DNA from: Chitinophagales bacterium
GTDB taxonomy: Bacteria > Bacteroidota > Bacteroidia > Chitinophagales > Chitinophagaceae
Assembly: GCA_038213285.1 (NCBI GenBank)
Contig: JBBQTL010000002.1
Location: 19,949-83,948 of the forward strand
Reading direction: 5' to 3'
Length of the DNA stretch: 64,000 nt
The notes beneath the pieces were generated by a model. That model was not told the DNA's origin and ran no database searches. It saw nothing but the letters and a program-made list of their open reading frames with translations. Below are positions 20,670 through 30,894 of the stretch, piece by piece; position 1 is the stretch's first letter, and each line of letters opens with the position of its first letter. The position numbers and the translations under genes were made by a program.

Positions 20670-22696
20670 ATGAATTCAAATTATGCCGGTTTGATATATC
20701 GCACACACACCGTTTATTGTACAAGGATAAAATAAAGACGCTGGAAGGAGCTGTAGCAAACGCCCAACGGCAAATAGATGCTTTAAATGAAAAATTGGCC
20801 ACGGAAACCACCGAATTAAAAAATGCAAACAACGAACTCAGCAGAATATTTAACCAGGTAAACGAAGGTTTTTTTTCAAGGGATATTGTTAACGACAGGT
20901 ACATCCACATGTCTGTTGGTTGCGAAAGGATTTAAGGTTACAGCATTAATGACTTTGCCAATAACCAGCTTTGGTTCCAGGTAATTCATCCTGATGATCT
21001 TCACCTGGTTGAGAAGGAGAGTGAGCAGTTACAAAAAGGCATCCAGTCAAACAGCGCTTACAGAATAATTCACAAGGATAAATCAACCCGGTGGATAGAA
21101 GTAAAAGCGGTACCCGAAATTGTGAATAATATCCTCACCAGGGTAGAAGGTGTAGTGAATGATATAACGGAAAGAAAAAATGCGGAAGCTGCCTTGCTAA
21201 TAAATGAGCAACGGCTCGACCAGATTTATAATACGGTATCGGATATCATTTTTATGGTAACCCTCCAGGAAGATGGCAGGTTTCAGTTTGCATCAGTAAA
21301 TCTTTCATTTTTAAAATCCACCGGGCTTGACAAAGAACTGGTGATTGGTAAATACCTCGACGAAGTGATTCCTCCCGCTTCATTCAATTTTGTTAATGAA
21401 AAATACAATCAATGCATTACTGAAAAAAAAGCCGCAGTCGTGGGACGTTGGAGTACCCATCTGGATGAAAAACCGGTATTGTCAATATCAACCCTGTACT
21501 GGATGAAAACGGCAAATGTATCATGATCATTGGATCTGTGCATGATATTTCCGAACGAAAAAAATCTGAACTCCAAATAGCCGAAAGTGAGCAACGCTAC
21601 CGACAGATTGTGGAAACGGCGCAGGAAGGTATCTGGATGTTTGACAGGGAATACCATACTGTATTTGCCAATAAAAAATTGTGCGACATATTTGAATACA
21701 CCCCGGATGAAATATTGGGAAAACAGTACCTGGATTTTATGGATGAGCAAAGAAAAGATGTAGTAAAAAAAGATCACCCAGGGAATAGAAAGGGGAATTA
21801 CCGAAAACTTTGATTTTTATTTTTTAACAAAAACCGGGAAAAGGATTTGGGCAAATTTATCCGTATCTCCCATTTTGAATATTACAGGTGAATTTGATGG
21901 CGTACTGGCAATGGTTACTGATATTACCACGCGTAAATGAAATGAGGAGATGCTAAAAAAATCGGAGACCGACCTGGATTTAAAAAATAAGGAACTTGAA
22001 AGGAAAAATAAGGAGTTGGAGCAATTTGCTTACGTCACTTCTCATGATTTGCAGGAACCCCTGCGCACCACTTCCAGTTTTGTAAACCTATTGAAAGAGC
22101 AGTACGGAGGTAAACTGGATAAAAAAGCCGACAAATATTTCAGTTTTATTGTTGATTCTTCTGACAGGATGAAGGTGCTGATAAAAGACCTGCTTGATTA
22201 TTCGAGGATTGGCAGTAAAAATCAGTTGGAAAAAGTGGACTGTAACAACATCATCCAGGATGTAATTGCAGATATCGAGTTGGTTATCCGGGATTTTAAT
22301 GCGGAGATTATATATGGAGATTTACCGGTGATAAATGGGTACCCCACTAAGATGAAGCAATTATTTCAAAACCTGTTGATCAATGCTATTAAATTCAGTA
22401 AGAAAGAAGTTGCTCCTGATATAAATATATCGGTTAACAAAACCGACGGTTATTGGAAATTTGCTTTTTCCGATAATGGGATTGGTATCGAAAAGATTCA
22501 CCAGGAACGGATCTTTGTTATTTTTCAGCGTTTACATACCCGGTCAGAATATAACGGCTCGGGTATTGGGTTATCACATTGTAAAAAAATTGTGGAGTTG
22601 CACCATGGCAAAATATGGGTAGAGTCTGAACCGGGCAAAGGAAGTACTTTTTATTTTACAATTCCCTGTGCAGAAGGTGAATTTTTATTGGGATAA
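20670..22696 (+). pseudogene. Multi-PAS sensor histidine kinase, disrupted; kinase core 21950-22696 still open
   Basis: PAS/PAC motifs (IHPDD, DITERK, DISERK, DITTRK) run across in-frame stops at 20933, 21466 and 21938 and frameshifts near A-runs 21423-21430 and 21765-21771; the 5' boundary is approximate. Confidence 0.85.
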
Positions 22697-23029
22697 AAAT
22701 GTTAGCTGCTGTGCTTATTGGGTGGAAGCTTAGCAGTACTGAGCATTTTATTTGCCTTCTCAAGTTTTTCCGGAAACATAATTTTGCTCCTGTATTTATC
22801 AAGTGCAGGATCAATAGCCACAATAGGAACTTAACGCTTATTAAGTTCTTCGACTTTTTTCATACCTGCAATTTAATAAAATCGCATCACAGCTAACCGG
22901 TTTATGTTGCTCAAGTAAAAAGGTATGATGCTTATAGGTCGGCATCCCGCCCCGTTAGTGCCTGATTGTACGTTCTACCTGCAAAACGTACTTTTACCAT
23001 CCCCGTAAACGTACTATTTCTTCAAATGT

Positions 23030-23122
23030 ATAGAACTCTTACTACGCCGCCAGTATTTACTCTATTACAAGAAAAGAGTGATAATGCTATTGTTTACAAA
23101 CCTTTACTGTCGCATCTTTGTA
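23030..23122 (+). promoter_or_regulatory. Operator and promoter of repeat-array ncRNA 2
   Basis: ACTCT-N11-AGAGT (23059-23079), TTG (23090-23092), 20-nt spacer and CATCTTTG (23113-23120); spacing identical to copy 1. Confidence 0.65.
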
Positions 23123-23195
23123 TCAGAAAATAATTGATTGATATCACCAGTTAGTTTCTAAATTAAGATCGAGAATCCTGATGAAAACTATAAGA

Positions 23196-23632
23196 ACCAA
23201 TCCTGAGACTATGCCGTAAAAAGCGATGATGACTCAAAAAACCAATTGAATCCTTTATCCTGAAGAAGACCAAAAAAAACCAATGTCCTGAGACTATGCC
23301 GTAAAAAGCGATGATGACTCAAAAAACCAATTGAATCGGTTATCCTGAAGAAGACCAATAAAAACCAATGTCCTGAGACTATGCTGTAAAAAGCGATGAT
23401 GACTCAAAAAAACCAGTTGAATCGGTTATCCTAAAGAAGACCAAGAAAACCAATGTCCTGAGACTATGCTGTAAAAAGCGATGATGACTCAAAAAAACCA
23501 GTTGAATCGGTTATTCTGAAGAAGACCAAGAAAACCAATGTCCTGAGACTATGCTGTAAAAAGCGATGATGACTCAAAAAAACCAGATTTTCCAATATCC
23601 TAAGCCTATGCCTTAAACAGCGATGATGGCAA
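23196..23632 (+). repeat. Tandem array of five 85-nt units plus one terminal variant unit
   Basis: CTATGC cores at 23209, 23294, 23379, 23464, 23549 (period 85) and 23606. Confidence 0.95.
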
Positions 23633-23743
23633 AAGACCGTAAACACTGAAACCAGGAACAAATTATTAAAATTTTTTCTGGGAGGCAAAACCTCAAAAAA
23701 TTGAATGATCCCAACAAAACCAGCTTAGGTTGGTTTTAACTGC

Positions 23744-23791
23744 AACTTCCACAAACTATGAAAAATTCATAGCTGTGGAAGTTCTTTTTTT
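23744..23791 (+). terminator. Intrinsic terminator of ncRNA copy 2
   Basis: AACTTCCACA...TGTGGAAGTT stem followed by a T-run; homologous to 16777-16824. Confidence 0.8.
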
Positions 23792-23836
23792 GTGTAACAT
23801 GCTTATTACTGCATCCAATTATAAAAACCGCTCCCC

Positions 23837-24571
23837 TCATTTCTTTTCGTACAATAAAAAATGTTGTATCGGCAAAAAATCACCCTTGTATTGCAGGCGA
23901 AAGCCATTGGCTTCCATTTCTTTTCCCAGTTGAGCAACGGTGGTTTTATGAAGTGCTTTAATAGGTATAGCCTGATCTTCTCCACGATATTCAATCAATA
24001 ATATTTTTCCACCAGGCTTCAGTGCCTTGTGAATGGCTAACAACATTTCGTGCGGATATTCAAGTTCATGGTACACATCCACCATGATGGCAAGATCAAT
24101 GCTGCTATCCGGAAGCTTGGGTGAAATGATAGTGCTTTTTATTATTTCTACAATAGAGTCTTTCAACTGCGCCTTTTTATTTTTAAGATACCCGATCAGT
24201 TCATCCTGTATCTCCACGGCATATACTTTTCCCTTTGGTACTTTGGCAGATAGCTTAAAACTATAGTAACCTGTTCCGGCTCCGATATCTGCAATGGTGC
24301 CATCTGCCGGAATGCTTATTTTTTTAATCGCAAGTTTGGTGTTTTCTTCCTGGTTCCGGTCTGCTCTTTCAAGCCAGTCACTGCCCGCAGCCCCCATTAC
24401 ATGCGATATTTCCCTGCCCCAATAAAATTTTCCTATACCATCCGCAGATGCCTTTCCGTAAATGTAACCGGTATCATTTGCACCCGCAGGCAGCAAAGTA
24501 CTTTGTTGCGAATTACATTTTACAAAACAATTGCTTAGTAATAGCAGGATAATTGCAAATCTTATTTTCAT
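23837..24571 (-). CDS. Class I SAM-dependent methyltransferase with N-terminal signal peptide
   Basis: IADIGAGTGY, VYAVEIQ, VDVYHE and LKPGG motifs. Confidence 0.9.
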   Translation of the reverse strand: MKIRFAIILLLLSNCFVKCNSQQSTLLPAGANDTGYIYGKASADGIGKFYWGREISHVMGAAGSDWLERADRNQEENTKLAIKKISIPADGTIADIGAGTGYYSFKLSAKVPKGKVYAVEIQDELIGYLKNKKAQLKDSIVEIIKSTIISPKLPDSSIDLAIMVDVYHELEYPHEMLLAIHKALKPGGKILLIEYRGEDQAIPIKALHKTTVAQLGKEMEANGFRLQYKGDFLPIQHFLLYEKK

Positions 24572-24831
24572 ACACGTGGCCTTTTTTATTAAAATTGTAG
24601 ATGCTTATCAAACCATTTTACCACATCATTTGTTGCCTGAATATTGCCAAAAATATAAAGCAATTCTTTTTTGATGGCAATAAACAAAATAATTCAGGTG
24701 CACAAGCTTCCAGCAATCATATCCCTGCTAAAACTTACAGATCACTCTTACCCTTAATTCCACTGATAAATAATTTCATATATCAAGGGGAAGCATCTAT
24801 TTTTAACCACCATTCACCAAAATTAATTTAA

Positions 24832-26814
24832 ATGAGAATTTTCTTTTCTTTTCTTGTGCTTAGCGTAAGCTGGCTTAATGTTGCTGCACAAAATCCGGCA
24901 AAAAGGGCTTTAAAACCAACCGATGTTTATCTATTAAAAAATATTGGCGATCCGCAGATTTCCCCGGATGGCAAATGGGTAGCCTATACGGTTAGCAGTG
25001 TGGATACATCCAAAGACAGGCGCAACAGCGATATCTGGATGGTGAGCTGGGACGGTGAACAAACCATACAATTAACAAACAGCGATGATGGAGAAAGCAC
25101 ACCAAGGTGGAGCCCCGACGGAAAATATCTGTCCTTTGTATCTGCACGAAACGGCGAAAAGAATGCACAAATATGGCTGATGGACAGAAGGGGCGGCGAG
25201 GCAAAAAAGCTCACCAATATAAAAGGCGACCTGGATGAATACGCATGGAGCCCCGATGGAAAAAAGATGGTGATGAGCATCAAGGACCAGGATTTTTCGG
25301 ATACAGCCAAAACAAAAACCAGGTCGCCATTTGTAATGGACCGGTACCATTTTAAAGAAGACAGGGATGGATGGGTAGAGAACCGTTACACTCACCTGTA
25401 TATTTTCGACATAGGTTCCAAAAAGACCGACACGCTAACCAGGGGAAATTTTGATGAAGCCTCTCCTGTATGGAGCCCGGATGGCAAGCAACTGGCTTTT
25501 GCGAGCAACCGGTCAACTGATCCGGATAAAAATGAAAACCAGGATATCTGGGTAATGGATGCAGCTAAAGGAGCAACGATGAAGCAACTAACCACCTGGG
25601 CCGGAGCCGATAGAAACCCAAAGTGGAGCCCGGATGGGAAATGGATCGCTTATTCCAGTTCTTCGAGCAATCTCAATTTCACTATGTATGGGCAAAGCAC
25701 CCTTTCACTGGTGCCGGCTGCCGGCGGCGCAGTGCGATCGTTAGCCGGTTCATTGGACCGCCCGGTAAATGATATTCAATGGACCAGGGACGGGCAGCAA
25801 CTTTGTTTTTTAGTGACCGATGACCGGAAGCAAACCATTGCAAAATTCAACCTGGCTAATAATGCCATGGAAACAATTGCCGGGGGCGACAGAAGTTTTA
25901 GCAATATTGAAAGTTCGCCGGTTTCGGATGCATTGATAACATCGATGAGTGAACCACAAATGCCTGCCGAATTATATGTGGTGGAAAATAATAAGGAAAG
26001 AAGGCTTACTCATTTGCAGGATTCATTTGTAAATGCCATCCAGTTTGCAACCGTCGAAGGGTTTACATCTACCAGTAAGGATGGAACAAAAATTTCCAAC
26101 ATTTTATACCGCCCTGCAATTGCTGCCCCTGGACAAAAATTGCCTTTGATACTCTTTATACACGGCGGCCCGGTTGGGCAGGATGATTATGGATTTGATC
26201 TTTCGAGGCAGATGCTTGCCGCCGCCGGTTATGCAGTAGCAGGCGTTAATTACCGCGGAAGCAGTGGCAGGGGTGTTGATTTTACAAAGGCTATTTATGC
26301 AGACTGGGGTAACAAAGAAGTAATGGATATCCTGGGTGCTGCTGCTTACTTAACAGAAAAGGGAATTGCAGATGAAAAGAATATGGGCATCGGTGGATGG
26401 AGCTATGGAGGCATATTAACAAACTACACCATTGCAACAGATAGCCGGTTTAAAGCCGCCGCAAGTGGTGCTGGAAGTGCGCTTCAATTTAGTATGTATG
26501 GCGTAGATCAATACGTAACACAATATGAAACGGAACTGGGTGCACCATGGAAAAATCCAAAAAAATGGATGGATCTTTCTTATCCTTTTTTTAAGGCAGA
26601 TAAAATTAAAACGCCCACCATGTTTATGGCCAGCGAAAAGGATTTTAATGTACCCACAGCAGGTTCGGAGCAAATGTACCAGGCATTAAAATCGCTCGGA
26701 ATTCCAACCCAACTGATCATTTACCCGGGCCAGTTCCATGGCATTACCAAGCCGTCTTACCAGGTAGACCGGTTTGACCGCTACCTGAAATGGTTTGGTC
26801 AATATCTTAAATAA
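24832..26814 (+). CDS. S9 family peptidase (acylaminoacyl-peptidase-like) with WD40-like propeller
   Basis: Repeated WSPDG; HGGP; GWSYGG nucleophile; DFNV; GQFHG. Confidence 0.95.
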   Translation: MRIFFSFLVLSVSWLNVAAQNPAKRALKPTDVYLLKNIGDPQISPDGKWVAYTVSSVDTSKDRRNSDIWMVSWDGEQTIQLTNSDDGESTPRWSPDGKYLSFVSARNGEKNAQIWLMDRRGGEAKKLTNIKGDLDEYAWSPDGKKMVMSIKDQDFSDTAKTKTRSPFVMDRYHFKEDRDGWVENRYTHLYIFDIGSKKTDTLTRGNFDEASPVWSPDGKQLAFASNRSTDPDKNENQDIWVMDAAKGATMKQLTTWAGADRNPKWSPDGKWIAYSSSSSNLNFTMYGQSTLSLVPAAGGAVRSLAGSLDRPVNDIQWTRDGQQLCFLVTDDRKQTIAKFNLANNAMETIAGGDRSFSNIESSPVSDALITSMSEPQMPAELYVVENNKERRLTHLQDSFVNAIQFATVEGFTSTSKDGTKISNILYRPAIAAPGQKLPLILFIHGGPVGQDDYGFDLSRQMLAAAGYAVAGVNYRGSSGRGVDFTKAIYADWGNKEVMDILGAAAYLTEKGIADEKNMGIGGWSYGGILTNYTIATDSRFKAAASGAGSALQFSMYGVDQYVTQYETELGAPWKNPKKWMDLSYPFFKADKIKTPTMFMASEKDFNVPTAGSEQMYQALKSLGIPTQLIIYPGQFHGITKPSYQVDRFDRYLKWFGQYLK

Positions 26815-27101
26815 TCACGTAAATTTTCAGGGTCCTTCGTTTGAAATTTGTAAAACTAAATACGAAGGATTTTTTTGGGTGCATGTAATCCGGCAACGGG
26901 TACAATTCAGGTTGTCGCTAAAAAGGGCTGGCAACCCCCTCCTGCCATTTGAATTGCACCCCCGGCAACCTTTTACGCCAAGCATTTGAATTTGTAATTT
27001 TCTAATAAGGATTATATACAACACGAAATATTTTCTTACTTGTAAAAAAATAAACGTTATCACAATATTCGTAATTTAGCCTGATCCAAATTAAGCGGTT
27101 C

Positions 27102-27689
27102 ATGAGCGAAATAATACAATTTACGGTGTCAATAAAAGGATCAAAGCCATTGATTTGGAGAACCTTTTTTGTAAACAGGGAAACATCCTTTTTTGAATTG
27201 CATCATATTCTGCAAATTGTAATGGGCTGGACGAATAGCCATTTGTTTGAGTTTAACCTGGACGGATACCGGGTAGGAATGATTGATGAAAAGGAGGTAC
27301 AATTTGGTAGCAGTCAGGTGTTGGATTCCCGTAAAACTTTACTAACAGATATATTATCGTTGGAAAGAGATTATTTCCAATACAAATACGACTTTGGTGA
27401 TGGCTGGGTGCATGAAATTACACTAGACAAATTGGTGAAAAGAGAAAATAAAACACTGTATCCAAGATGTTTTGGTGGTGAAATGAATTGTCCGCCCGAG
27501 GATTGTGGAGGAATAAAAGGGTTCTATAGCCTGTTGAATATATTACAGGATAAAAAAAATCCTGGTTACAAAGAAATGAAACTATGGTTGGGCAAAAAAT
27601 ACAACCCGGGAAATTATGACGTGGTGAAAGTCAATAAACAATTAAAGCAATTAAAAAATTATATTTCAAAGTGGAACTCGCCGGAGTAG
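27102..27689 (+). CDS. Plasmid pRiA4b ORF-3 family protein
   Basis: IWR, LHHILQIVMGW.NSHL, YDFGDGW.H and CPPEDCGG motifs. Confidence 0.9.
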   Translation: MSEIIQFTVSIKGSKPLIWRTFFVNRETSFFELHHILQIVMGWTNSHLFEFNLDGYRVGMIDEKEVQFGSSQVLDSRKTLLTDILSLERDYFQYKYDFGDGWVHEITLDKLVKRENKTLYPRCFGGEMNCPPEDCGGIKGFYSLLNILQDKKNPGYKEMKLWLGKKYNPGNYDVVKVNKQLKQLKNYISKWNSPE

Positions 27690-27725
27690 TTTTAAAGACT
27701 TTCATGCGTTGTTTTTAAATACCTG

Positions 27726-28940
27726 CTAACTGCCATTTCCTGCTCTTTCCATTTCATCTGATGCACCGCCGCCGGAACGCCTGTCTTGTTTTTGTGCTTT
27801 GCCAAATCGCCAGCTAAAAGCAAGGTTGATTACCCGGCTGTCGCGGCGTAGAATAAAATATTCTTCGGCCAATTGAAATTGCGTAAATCCTTCCATTACC
27901 TGCGTAAAGAAAATATCCCGAACACTTATTTTCAGGCTGCCTTTCTTTTTTAATACCGGCCTTGCTATACCAGCGGATAACTGGCCGGTTGGATAAAGCA
28001 ATTCCTGCAGATCATTGCGGGCTTTGGTGGTATAAAATCCGGAAAGCTCAGCCGTATACACTTTATTGATGCGAAACTGGTTGTTAATATTCAGGTGCAA
28101 TTGATTTACGTTGGATCCATAATTATTACCGGCATATCCTTTCAACTCTTTATGGTTATACATCGCCTGCCCGTTGATGCTCCACCATTTAAACGGTGAT
28201 ACCTGTACTGTAACCGATAGACCAATATTTTTTGCCCTGCCAACATTCCCTTCAGAGTAAATGAGTATGCCGCTGGTATCGGTGAGAAATAGCTGTGAAA
28301 AATAGTTTTTGATGATACTATAGGAAATGGCGGTAGTAAGTACAGATTTGTACTGGTGACTGACTTCCATGTTCCAGCTATTTTGCGGCAGAAAAAACGG
28401 GTTACCTGTCTGATAGGTGTATTTGTTAATGATAAAAACAAAGGGATTTAGCTTTTGAAAAGCCGGCCGGTCTATTCTGCGGCCGGTAGTAACTGTAAAA
28501 GTATTGGATGAGTCTGCTTCGTAACTCACAAAGCCCGAAGGAAAAAGCCCGTCGTAGTTACGGGAAAATGCAGAATCTTTATGCTAACTGTTGCCAAGTT
28601 GGTTTGCCTGGTAGCTGGTATATTCGTAACGCAATCCAAACTGCATGGTAATCCGTTGCTCTTTGGTTGTTACGTTACTATATAATGCATGTATATTTTC
28701 CTTGTATAAAAAATGATTGCACTTCCCCATTTTCGTTTGTAATCATGGTTTTTAGTGTTGTTTTATCTTCCGTGTTCACCAGTGTAACCGTTACTCCTGA
28801 CGCCAACTAGCGCTTTTCATTTATCACGGTAATGGTAAACCTGCCGTCAACATTTATGCGTGGCTGGCTACTGGCCCTTGGTGTGATTGTCACCATCAGC
28901 AAAACTATAAAAAAGAGTATTCTGTTCTTTGGCTTTTATT
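27726..28940 (-). pseudogene. TonB-dependent receptor / outer-membrane beta-barrel gene, internally deleted and decayed
   Basis: C-terminal barrel strands (GLRYEYT, FPSG, RRIDRP, GNPF.LP, final FSWRFG) with an in-frame TAG at 28584-28586, joined out of frame near 28725 to an N-terminal signal/carboxypeptidase-regulatory-like fragment (GVTVTLVN...TNENG). Confidence 0.75.
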
Positions 28941-29223
28941 CAATTCAAATTAAGCCAAAGGGAAGTTTTAAAGTAGGTGTATTTGTTCAGCGGTTGATTT
29001 TGATGGATGAGTTAGGGAGATTGGGAATTATACTACGCCCCAAAGGTATTACTGTAGTCGATTTTAAGATGTCATGCCAAAATTCCAACTGGCCTTGGCT
29101 TGCACCCGGGAAAATTTTTAATCCAATCAGAATTAATCTTGTCAGTTTTGCGATATACATAACACTAATCGGTTAAAAAAATTTGGGCTTTGAATAAAAT
29201 TACCGGGAGCTAATGCACTTGCT

Positions 29224-29949
29224 TCATAATAAAAAAGAGATGTCTTCATTTATATTGATTTCTCTTTTGATGGCAACCGGTGAATCTGCCTCCGAATAAA
29301 ACAGCACCCCGGGCAATTGGCCGATCAGTCGTAGCACCCCGTTTTCCATTTTTAACGCTGTGCCTTCCGGCAAACACACAATGGGTACACCTGGATTTAC
29401 CTGGATGAATTCTTCCAGCCGTTGGGCCCTGGTTTCGCCATTATGCCCTGCTGGTTTAGCGTTGGTATAATGAGGGTTTATCTGGAACGGAAATAATCCC
29501 AGCGCATTAAAGCTCTTTGGTTCTATCACCGGCATATCATTGGTAGTGCCAATGGTGGGGCAGGTAATATTTGCCCCCGCACTCCATCCAATATAGGGAG
29601 CTCCCTTATTTACTTTATCACGGATGATATCCAGCAATTTCAACTCGTAGATATCATGCAACAATTTAAATGTATTGCCACCTCCTACCATGATTATATC
29701 TGCTTTTGCGATGGTTTCTTTGGCAGTATCAGGCATCACCGTTTCAATGGTAACAGTCAATCCTTCCAGTCCTTTTTTTACCATAGTTGTGTATTCTTCA
29801 TACTCATTACCCACAGCAGCAAAAGGTATGAATGCAATGGTCAATAGTTGATCGCCGAGAAAATCCTTAATAACCGGGGCGGCAGATTCAAGGTATCCAC
29901 CATTGCCCGCTCTTGAACTGGAAAAAGCCAATATACGATTGTGCGACAT
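29224..29949 (-). CDS. pepE: Dipeptidase E (peptidase S51)
   Basis: VGGGNTF, GWSAG, TTNDMP, QINPHY and HNGETR motifs. Confidence 0.95.
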   Translation of the reverse strand: MSHNRILAFSSSRAGNGGYLESAAPVIKDFLGDQLLTIAFIPFAAVGNEYEEYTTMVKKGLEGLTVTIETVMPDTAKETIAKADIIMVGGGNTFKLLHDIYELKLLDIIRDKVNKGAPYIGWSAGANITCPTIGTTNDMPVIEPKSFNALGLFPFQINPHYTNAKPAGHNGETRAQRLEEFIQVNPGVPIVCLPEGTALKMENGVLRLIGQLPGVLFYSEADSPVAIKREININEDISFLL

Positions 29950-30002
29950 AAAAGATTTGTTTGAATTGAAAGTACAGCATCGCTGGTTGCTATTTCAAAG
30001 AT

Positions 30003-30103
30003 AGGAAATGACGTATGAGTCGCGAATTTTCTTGGTGAGTTACCCTTTGGGGATCACTCACCAAGAAAATTCATCTGTGACAAACCGATGTTGACATGAC
30101 ACT
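30003..30103. repeat. 101-bp element (MITE/REP-like), copy A
   Basis: Internal 17-bp hairpin GAATTTTCTTGGTGAGT/ACTCACCAAGAAAATTC; reverse complement of 34406-34506 with 8 mismatches. Confidence 0.9.
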
Positions 30104-30894
30104 AGTGTATTGACATATTAAATATGTAACATTCACTTTAAAAAATCAATTATTTCGCCGGTTATGTATTTCGTCCCTTTAGAGACCATATACCGGTAGT
30201 TTTATAGATTATGAGCAAATGAAGTCCGCTGCGGCGGACGTGGTTAAAAATGGATAAAGAAATATAGCTTTATCCGAAATCGTTATTTGGCTAAAGCCGG
30301 GAAGAGAAAAATATATTTTTATCACCGCCCTAAAGGAGCGGTGCAATTAAGTTGGGCTTGCTTAACTAAAAGACATCGCCCTGAGTGACTTTAAACTTAA
30401 ATAAAATTTAAGTCAACCGATATTATGTTCCTACGGGACTTTAAAATTCATCTTCATTGTTGGAAACCGTTTTAACTGAATATGGTTGTTAATACATCTC
30501 TTCGCAAAGTTTCGCAACCACTTGGAAACATCTTTAAACGACAATTTGAATTACATCTAAAAAAATATCAACATCTGATTTTTGGTATGTATATTTATGC
30601 TGCTTTCATTTCAAATGATGTTATTGCCATAGTTTTATTTCGGATGATTGTTGGTGTTTTTTATAGCTGCAGTAATCTCCTTTATCCTTTCATTAAGCCA
30701 TCTCACCTCAAACTCCATGAGTAATTGCCCCCGGCATTTTACCATCATCATTAATTTAAGATCGTGTCATTTCAAATAAGCATTACCTTTTTTGCAATTA
30801 CTGATCCCTTTGCGGATATACTTTCCCGTAATGATGTCAATTACAAAAAGAAGATTCAACCCATTTCAATTCTTTCAACTAAAATAATAACACC

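Larger units (their letters stand above)
23123..23791 (+). ncRNA. Putative repeat-array ncRNA, copy 2 (about 670 nt)
   Basis: Promoter, 6 hairpin units, conserved 3' hairpins and terminator; the 85-nt period is not a multiple of 3. Confidence 0.65.

Noticed and set aside
23196-23632. CRISPR or TIGR-type guide array
   Set aside because: Inter-repeat segments are near-identical or homologous rather than unique spacers, the period is 85 nt, and no cas or Nop-domain gene is in the window.
16396-23632. Box C/D sRNA or kink-turn (AUGAUGA plus CUGA)
   Set aside because: AUGAUGA is present in most units, but CUGA occurs only in array 2 (array 1 has CAGA, CGGG, CUUA, CUAC), and the opposite strand lacks the GA needed for a canonical K-turn.
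23464-23688. 74-aa minus-strand ORF and ATG-CCG/CTG-TAA minigenes in the array
   Set aside because: The period is not a multiple of 3, reading frames are not conserved between units or arrays, and the promoter and terminator point to a + strand RNA.
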